This document shows, piece after piece, positions 58,101 through 64,000 of a DNA stretch of 64,000 nt (the stretch's first letter is position 1; every line of letters begins with the position of its first letter). Position numbers and translations under genes: made by a program. The notes under the pieces were generated by a model that searched no databases, was not told the origin of the DNA, and saw nothing but the letters and a program-made list of their open reading frames with translations. The stretch is from Ophelia neglecta (Eukaryota). The stretch is taken from assembly GCA_965285935.1 (NCBI GenBank), contig OZ260662.1, positions 98,394,001 through 98,458,000 of the forward strand, in the 5' to 3' direction.

Positions 58101-61100
58101 AAAGAGAGTATTTATTGTGTTTAGTAAACGTGAATTTCTAATGAAACGTTGCAAGGTATAATAGGTATCTATGTTTTAAAACATGAACTACCCTATAGCA
58201 ATTGAATCCTCACTTAAGCTTGTAAGCTACTTTCCATTTGATGTAGCACACGTCTGTGCCTATCTGTACACTACTCTATACATCAATCCGTATACTACTT
58301 GCAGAACGCTCAGCTGGAGAAGGAACTTGAGTTGATGCGTCGCGAATACGAAGAAAAGGAACGCGAATGGGAAGCCGAGAACAGCGAACTGAAGGGCGAG
58401 GTAAGGAGGATAGATAAACTTAACTTAGCAATAATAATTAATTATCCAATTAGGAGTCTCTATCTTAGAGAAGAAGAGTTAATAAGTAGAAATAAATAAT
58501 CTTATTGCTAGTTCACCGTACTTAATAATGTTTCTCCTAAAGGCATTTTCCTCCCGTTTAAACGAAATAAAACCGTATGAATTGTTGTGGGACACTGGAC
58601 CATAACTTATTTATCAAAACTGATAATGTGTTTATGTGACAAATATCATAAATGATTCTGCCTGTCCTATATTCAAATCGCCTAGTTAGTTTGACAGTGG
58701 GCCTGACACTTGTTGATTTTGCTCCTCCTGTAGGTCGCTAAGCTTCGTGCCGAGATGGAGGCAATCCTTAAGGAGCTCCAAGACTTGATGGACACCAAGC
58801 TGGGTCTTGAGCTCGAGATCGCAGCCTACAGAAAGCTGCTAGAGGGAGAGGAGAACAGGTGAGCACCGCGTGACTATCACGTGACGACGGACAGACATGT
58901 GACTGACCGCCACCACGGCGCCCTCTTGAGTCAAGTGTATGACCTACAGTACAGTAGGCACGCGATAGAACGCCAAAAAATATGAGCGTTGAGCGTGTTT
59001 TTGTCATAAGCTAGTAACCGGAGAGCCCTGGTGTATCCAGGTTGCAGGTTTAACCCTTAAGCAGGCCATTTAACATTGATTTAAGCCCGTGGAAACGGCT
59101 TCAAGTATTTTTATTTGTCCATATTTTTCGTTAATGTTGTCTCTTTCTGGCTGATTTCCCCAGTATTTTCACAGCCATGACTCTTCTGACAGACTGAAGA
59201 CATTATTGATGCTTCTAGTTAATACTGCTATGTTTTGCAATATTCAATTAATTCAATGTGTAGTCTAGTTTGTTTGTGGAAATTAAGTTTCTAATGTATT
59301 CATTTCAAAATGATACATTTGTGGTGATTGAATTGAATCTTTTGCGATTTTACTTGTGTAATATCTTGTTCCTAACTTTTCAACCTTGAATAACTATGTG
59401 ATATGATGATAAAATTATGTATTTTTGTTGACTGTAATGCATGCAATGCCTGGAGTGACTTCGAGACGGCAAACCTATTAATACAGAGTAATGTGGTTGG
59501 TGTGATTATAAAATTGACAATTCGAGTCAAACCCTCCGTTTAACACAGAGTTATATCGTATGTTTAACGTAACCAGTTCGGTTTTGTCACATTCATGTTC
59601 CAGGGCGGTAGTACCAGGCCCAGAACTCTGCGTGGAAAAGCTCCTCGAAACCACGTATAATCCTCTACCGCACAACCCAAAACATTGATTATTATTATTG
59701 CATATTTCCTTAATGCAGGAATATTAATAAACCATTGGGGCCTTTACGCATATATCAGTGACAATTCTGCTATTGGGACCTTACTTCATTTCGAAATTGC
59801 GATTATCATTCATTTTCAACATTTCGTTCCTATGTAAGTAGTAGAGTGATTGTGGTTAGTTGAGCCGAGTACCGCGAGGTGGTGCCATGAGGAACCTGTT
59901 CATCGTTTTATCACTGTATGGTGGGAGTCAAATGCTTAGAACTTGTAATACATTGCCTATACTCACTTTCGGGCCAAGAGAGCCCAGCTAATCGCTTATT
60001 TATCAAATTCCAAATGACATTAAATGGCCTTACGTTCCCTGCCCATTTATGGTAAACTATATTATTCGATGTTGTAAAACCACATTAATAACTGCCAGAT
60101 TCTTGTGTCGAAACAGCAAATCAGCACCTGACACTTATTTAAGATCACCCGTATTCACCAATAAGTCGGTCTAAGCTCTAGATACTGATACTTAACTATT
60201 TTAACTATAACATTTCCGCTCTGACGTAGTCGCTTTTTGTGTTGACGTAATGTACTTCCCTCACAGGATTGGTCTAAAGCAGGTTATCGACACATGGGCA
60301 AGCAGCGGGCAGGTTGAGACCTCCGAGGGTAGGTAGTCGTGGTGACGGTTCCATGGTAACAGGGTCTCTTGTGCCTTGTCGTTTGAATCCAATCGTGATG
60401 ATTTAACCATTGCGATTTGGAACACTGCATATGATATTAGTGTTCTACACAAGACAGCATCATTTGTGTTTCTGAATAGATCAATGCCACTCCGGCAAAC
60501 AGCGGGAATCTTTCAGAGTTTAAACCGAGGTTACCGGTTATGTTGGTGCCTGATGCACGTGAAAAGCACGGGGTGATGGAGGGATCACAAAGGGATGGGC
60601 TCCCAACCAACTACACTCACGCACCCCAATTCCCCTCCCCTCGAAGCGGAGTGGCAGCAGTAGCAGGCATCATAAAAAGTTTAACAGTCATGTATCTGGC
60701 GTTCTTATTGTGAACCTGCTGTTGCTGCACACTCCCGACACATTCGCACACTCTGTACAGTCTAGCAGTGTGTACCCATCTAACGACATGTGGTTTTACT
60801 AACACACCTGACAATAATCTCCCACCATGGTTTGAAAACTCTACGATTGATTCATGTATGTGTTGTCCTTGTCTATATTTGTGTGTGTGTTTGTGTTTGT
60901 TTGTCCTGTGTATCCAGTGTTTTCTAACTATTGGCCAGTCACGTGACCGATACCGCGTTGGGTTGACGTCACGTGACTCCCGCCGTACCAGACGATAGGT
61001 CAACCTGCTGCGTCCCCCTGAAGCCTCTGACTGTGCAGTAAACCCCCATTTTAATTATTCACAACAGGGTTGGGTTACGCCAAGTAGTCGAGAGCATGGC

Positions 61101-63667
61101 TACCCACATGACGTCACAGCACTCTTCCCAAATGATCGAGCACGAGGGCGAATATGATGGTAATGTCACACAACGTCACGCTAACAAACGCCTTTGATTG
61201 GCTAACAACTCCAGTTGATGCCACAGCCCCTAGCTACTGCGCTCTATGTCACGTGGTTTCCCTAATCGCCAATCACACGGAAACCACAGCCCACGTTTGC
61301 GTTCAGATTCAAAATCTACCTAAGCATGCAGGAACTATTTCTACATGATGCTTATTGGCTAAGTGTTAATTTATTCAGCGAATCTTTCCGAATATTGTAT
61401 CTTTCTATTTCATTCCTTGAATCTGAACACAAATGAGCCACGCCAAAGTGCCGTATACTACTAATACTTCTCTTTTTAGGTCTATCGTAGGATTATACTA
61501 CTGTAGATCAAGAATGTGAATGGACTAGTTATGAAAACTACTCTCTGAATGGCCTGTTACGATAAGGCTATCAAAGTCCGGCCTAACTAACTTACCCTGC
61601 CTATCATTAACTGCTCTCTTACAGATTCACTGTTAGTATTCTAAGTGGACTAACCGACCTAGCCGATAGATCAGCCAGCGGCGGTGGTGGTGGTGGGTCC
61701 GGAGGTAGCTCCGGTGGCTCCGGGGGCGGTTCTGGTTTCGCCTCCGGCTCCGCTGCTTCAGGCGGCGGAGGCGGTGGATTTTCGATGTCCGGAGGCGGCG
61801 GCTCCGGGGGAGGTTTCTCAATGTCCGGAGGTGGTGGCTCTGGTGGCTTCTCAGTGTCCTCCGGTGGCGGAGGCGGAGGCGGAAGCGGCTCTGGAGGAGG
61901 CAACTCCTCCGGCTCCTCCTCTGCTACAAGTGTCACTACTACTAGTACTACTACTAAAGTCGAAAAGAAAGACGACAATGAAGCCATCACTAAAACTACT
62001 ACCACAACTGTATCACAGTCGTCTTCTGACTCACCGAAAAAGGAAGATGAAGGTACTCCAATGCGCTTTGAGGACTAATTCAATGTCCCGTGTCTGTACA
62101 CATAATGGATCTGCACGAGAGCATGTACCAATTGTATGTGTCCAACGGACATGCATGGTATTTTAATCAACACGTTTGTGTTACAATATATACTAACGTA
62201 CGTTTACTTTTTCATTTTTAGCGAGTGTTTTGTTTTATTTCTTGTGTGCTTGTTGTACTAATATCACTGTCTGCATGTAGACATGCCTATTCTAACTTTC
62301 ACTGACCGTGTTGTCAATCTCTCGGTTTCGGTTTCTCACTAGGGTTGGCTTGAGACAGATCGTAGAGCAAATAATTAGCACTCAGGAGAATCGTCTTTCG
62401 GACGTGGCCTACACGATCAGACAGACTGAGCAAACCTCAGGTGGTGGGTACAACCGCGTGCATGACAATGCATGATTTTAACTCCTTTATTACTTCCTGT
62501 TCTAATGCCTAACTCCAACACCAGACGGCACTATAACACAACTACTTACTGCGGTGGTCGCCAGAAGGCGCCACTCAGAGGGTATTAATCTAACTGGCAC
62601 CCAATCCCCCCTGTGGCGCCAACCTTCGTGAAACTAAAAACCAGAGTGTTACTTAAATGTTGTATGTAATGTGTATGACCCATTCCAAGCTTATTGGGTC
62701 GAATTCATTTTCATTTTTCGTTTTATTACCATAAGTTGTTTATAAGTAGATTTCATATAATTTATCGTTTTACTATGTCTCCTTATATATTGTTAACACC
62801 ATTGTCGTTATTAACAAGAGAATTTAAATATATTTGAATGACTAGATTTTTATACCTTCTCTATGATTCTTGTCATTTTAAATGTTGTTGTGTGTACTTT
62901 CAAGGTAGCTCGTCTTACCTTGAGCCATTGCACGCTGTATGTCTGTGATTTATTATAAAATAAAAAATGCTCGCATTTTTCCAATAATTGTTTAACAATT
63001 TTGCTTAATGTTTGAACTACTAGCAACATGTTATTGAATTGAATACATGGATACTCATTCATGCAAACAATCACTTCACGTGCTAATATGAACCATTCCA
63101 GGGAATTAAAAAGCGCTGCGAAATCACTGACTACTACTACTTTAATCACGTGGTAAGAGCCTCGATCTCGTTTCTGTTGTATTCACGTGTACACTTGTTG
63201 TCATGTGACTCATGTGTCCAGTTGCATGCCTCAACCACTGTAGCTGCGCACCTTTTTAATTCTCATTTTGTGGCTTCTCTCAGGGGTATGCTTCCATCCG
63301 GCATACAAAACAAACAGTGTATAGAACTCATCACCCTTCCGACCCAGTCATGACCCGATTAAAAGGGCACCACATCCCTGGAGTGGGGCTTGCACTTCTG
63401 TTTCCCTCCAACTCATCTCTCCTCCACTCATCGCTCCATCTGTCTCTCTGCTTTCACCCAACAACAGAAAAATCAGATACGGTGACCTAATTCTATGTAT
63501 TATGATCCCGTACCCTCCCTCTAGATTCTTCCCTAAAAGTTAGTCAGGTGGTCAAAGGAGAGATGTCTGCCAAGACCACTTATCAAAGAAGCGCCAAAGG
63601 ACCGGTCTCCATCTCCGAGTGCGCTGCCGACGGCAAATGCATCGCCCTGGAAAACACAGGCAGAAAG
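24568..63667 (+). CDS. Protostome-type cytoplasmic intermediate filament protein (neurofilament NF60/NF70-like), multi-exon gene, 3' end beyond the window
   Basis: join(24568..25139,37467..37653,49374..49469,53398..53559,57900..58025,58305..58400,58734..58858,[one linker exon],63525..63667...). All introns are GT-AG with matching phases. IF signatures [19 protein letters not shown] and [16 protein letters not shown] are present, the rod is ~353 aa, the LTD starts [17 protein letters not shown], and there is no basic NLS. Confidence 0.95.
30610..30626. repeat. Poly-G tract (G17), potential G-quadruplex
   Basis: Direct reading, in intron 1. Confidence 0.85.
37467..37653 (+). CDS. IF exon 2: coil 1B (not in the ORF track)
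   Basis: Acceptor ttattcag|A; (K)[62 protein letters not shown]; donor GTGAGT; phase 2->0. Confidence 0.95.
48447..48475. repeat. G-rich tract, potential G-quadruplex
   Basis: Four runs of 3 or more G, read directly. Confidence 0.7.
49374..49469 (+). CDS. IF exon 3: end of coil 1B
   Basis: ttgtag|[32 protein letters not shown]|GTAGGT; 96 nt; phase 0->0. Confidence 0.95.
53398..53559 (+). CDS. IF exon 4: linker L12 and coil 2A
   Basis: ctacag|[54 protein letters not shown]|GTAGGT; 162 nt; phase 0->0. Confidence 0.95.
55233..55259. repeat. Poly-G tract, potential G-quadruplex
   Basis: G4-ct-G16-a-G4, read directly, in intron 4. Confidence 0.8.
57900..58025 (+). CDS. IF exon 5: coil 2
   Basis: ttttcag|[42 protein letters not shown]|GTAGGT; 126 nt. 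Confidence 0.95.
58305..58400 (+). CDS. IF exon 6: coil 2
   Basis: ttgcag|[32 protein letters not shown]|GTAAGG; 96 nt. Confidence 0.95.
58734..58858 (+). CDS. IF exon 7: rod end with the IF consensus motif
   Basis: ctgtag|[41 protein letters not shown](R)|GTGAGC; phase 0->2. Confidence 0.97.
59164..59197 (+). CDS. Candidate short alternative terminal exon (nearly tailless isoform)
   Basis: Pyrimidine-rich acceptor ...ctctttctggctgatttccccag. Phase 2 reads (S)[12 protein letters not shown]-rich sequence follows, with AATAAA at 59726. Confidence 0.4.
60267..60328 (+). CDS. IF alternative linker exon 8a
   Basis: cttccctcacag|(R)[20 protein letters not shown](G/D)|GTAGGT; 62 nt; phase 2->1. 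Confidence 0.85.
61068..61159 (+). CDS. IF alternative linker exon 8b
   Basis: attcacaacag|(R)[30 protein letters not shown]|GTAATG; 92 nt; phase 2->1. Confidence 0.85.
61625..62078 (+). CDS. IF alternative terminal exon 8c: Gly/Ser-rich tail without LTD
   Basis: Acceptor ctgctctcttacag with CTAAC branch-type motifs upstream. Phase 2 opens 150 codons: (R)[27 protein letters not shown]...[10 protein letters not shown]...[43 protein letters not shown]. Confidence 0.85.
62343..62443 (+). CDS. IF alternative linker exon 8d
   Basis: gtttctcactag|(R)[32 protein letters not shown](G). Donor after 62440 (CAG|GTGGTG) or 62443 (GTG|GTGGGT), both phase 1. Confidence 0.85.
63525..63667 (+). CDS. IF exon 9: start of the lamin tail (Ig-fold) domain
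   Basis: ccctccctctag|(D)[47 protein letters not shown]|GTTGGT; phase 1->0. Confidence 0.93.
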
Positions 63668-64000
63668 GTTGGTAATCACCCCGAATATCATTCACCTTCA
63701 AACAGCCTATTATCGCTCACATCTTCTTTTTTAAGAATCGAGGCAGAACAAGAGCCATTATGTTCTTTCCCGAGTCTCGCATGAAAGATGTATGCCCGTG
63801 GTTATTTACAAACAAGACACCCCTATATATGTATTGTCATCTCTTCTTTTTCTCACCGAATTATTAAGGTTTTATTGATTTTGCATTACCATAGTTTAGA
63901 TATCTGGCCTTTTAGTTAGAGAATCGCACTCTGACTTTACTTGATAATTGCAAGTCGTATACTACTTTATCTTTACTAAGTTGTGTCGGTCACAGTGCAT

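Noticed and set aside
60939-60998. RVGLT peptide upstream of 8b as another paralogous linker exon
   Set aside because: The RVGL frame needs a phase-0 entry, has no adjacent acceptor and ends in a stop. The sequence is better explained by the twin palindromes.
61619-62166. Pro-rich minus-strand ORF (61619-62005) and Ala/Val/Glu-rich frame (61684-62166)
   Set aside because: Shadows of the Gly codon runs of exon 8c. Only the Gly frame matches the acceptor and exon 7 phase.
24568-63667. Identification as nuclear lamin
   Set aside because: No basic NLS between rod and LTD in any linker exon, a long ~100-aa head, and motifs typical of invertebrate cytoplasmic IFs. The C-terminus is outside the window, so CaaX cannot be checked.
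1-64000. CRISPR arrays, rRNA, tRNA, snRNA, prokaryotic operons
   Set aside because: None seen by eye; the window is intron-containing animal DNA. tRNAscan-SE and Infernal would be needed to exclude small RNAs formally.

Overview
Eukaryotic, AT-rich animal genomic DNA, most likely a lophotrochozoan invertebrate (inference from the protein type). The first ~24 kb has no recognisable intact gene, only MITE/transposon remnants, microsatellites and a palindrome. From ~24.4 kb past the window end lies one large + strand gene for a protostome-type cytoplasmic intermediate filament protein (squid NF60/NF70-like). I reconstructed it by hand: a TATA/CCAAT/E-box promoter, seven head/rod exons with consistent phases (455 aa, ~353-aa lamin-length rod) and the first lamin-tail-domain (LTD) exon. 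The remaining LTD exons are outside the window. The most notable structure is the 4.7-kb interval between the rod-end exon and the LTD exon. It holds three paralogous phase 2->1 linker exons, (R)[IV]GL[KR]Q[VI][IV][DE]..., of which exactly one must be used to keep frame. It also holds a 150-aa Gly-loop, keratin-like alternative terminal exon that replaces the LTD, several candidate short terminal exons, Rbfox/STAR motif clusters, and a possible Dscam-like docking-site/selector RNA pairing. All exon and isoform calls come from sequence alone and need RNA-seq confirmation.
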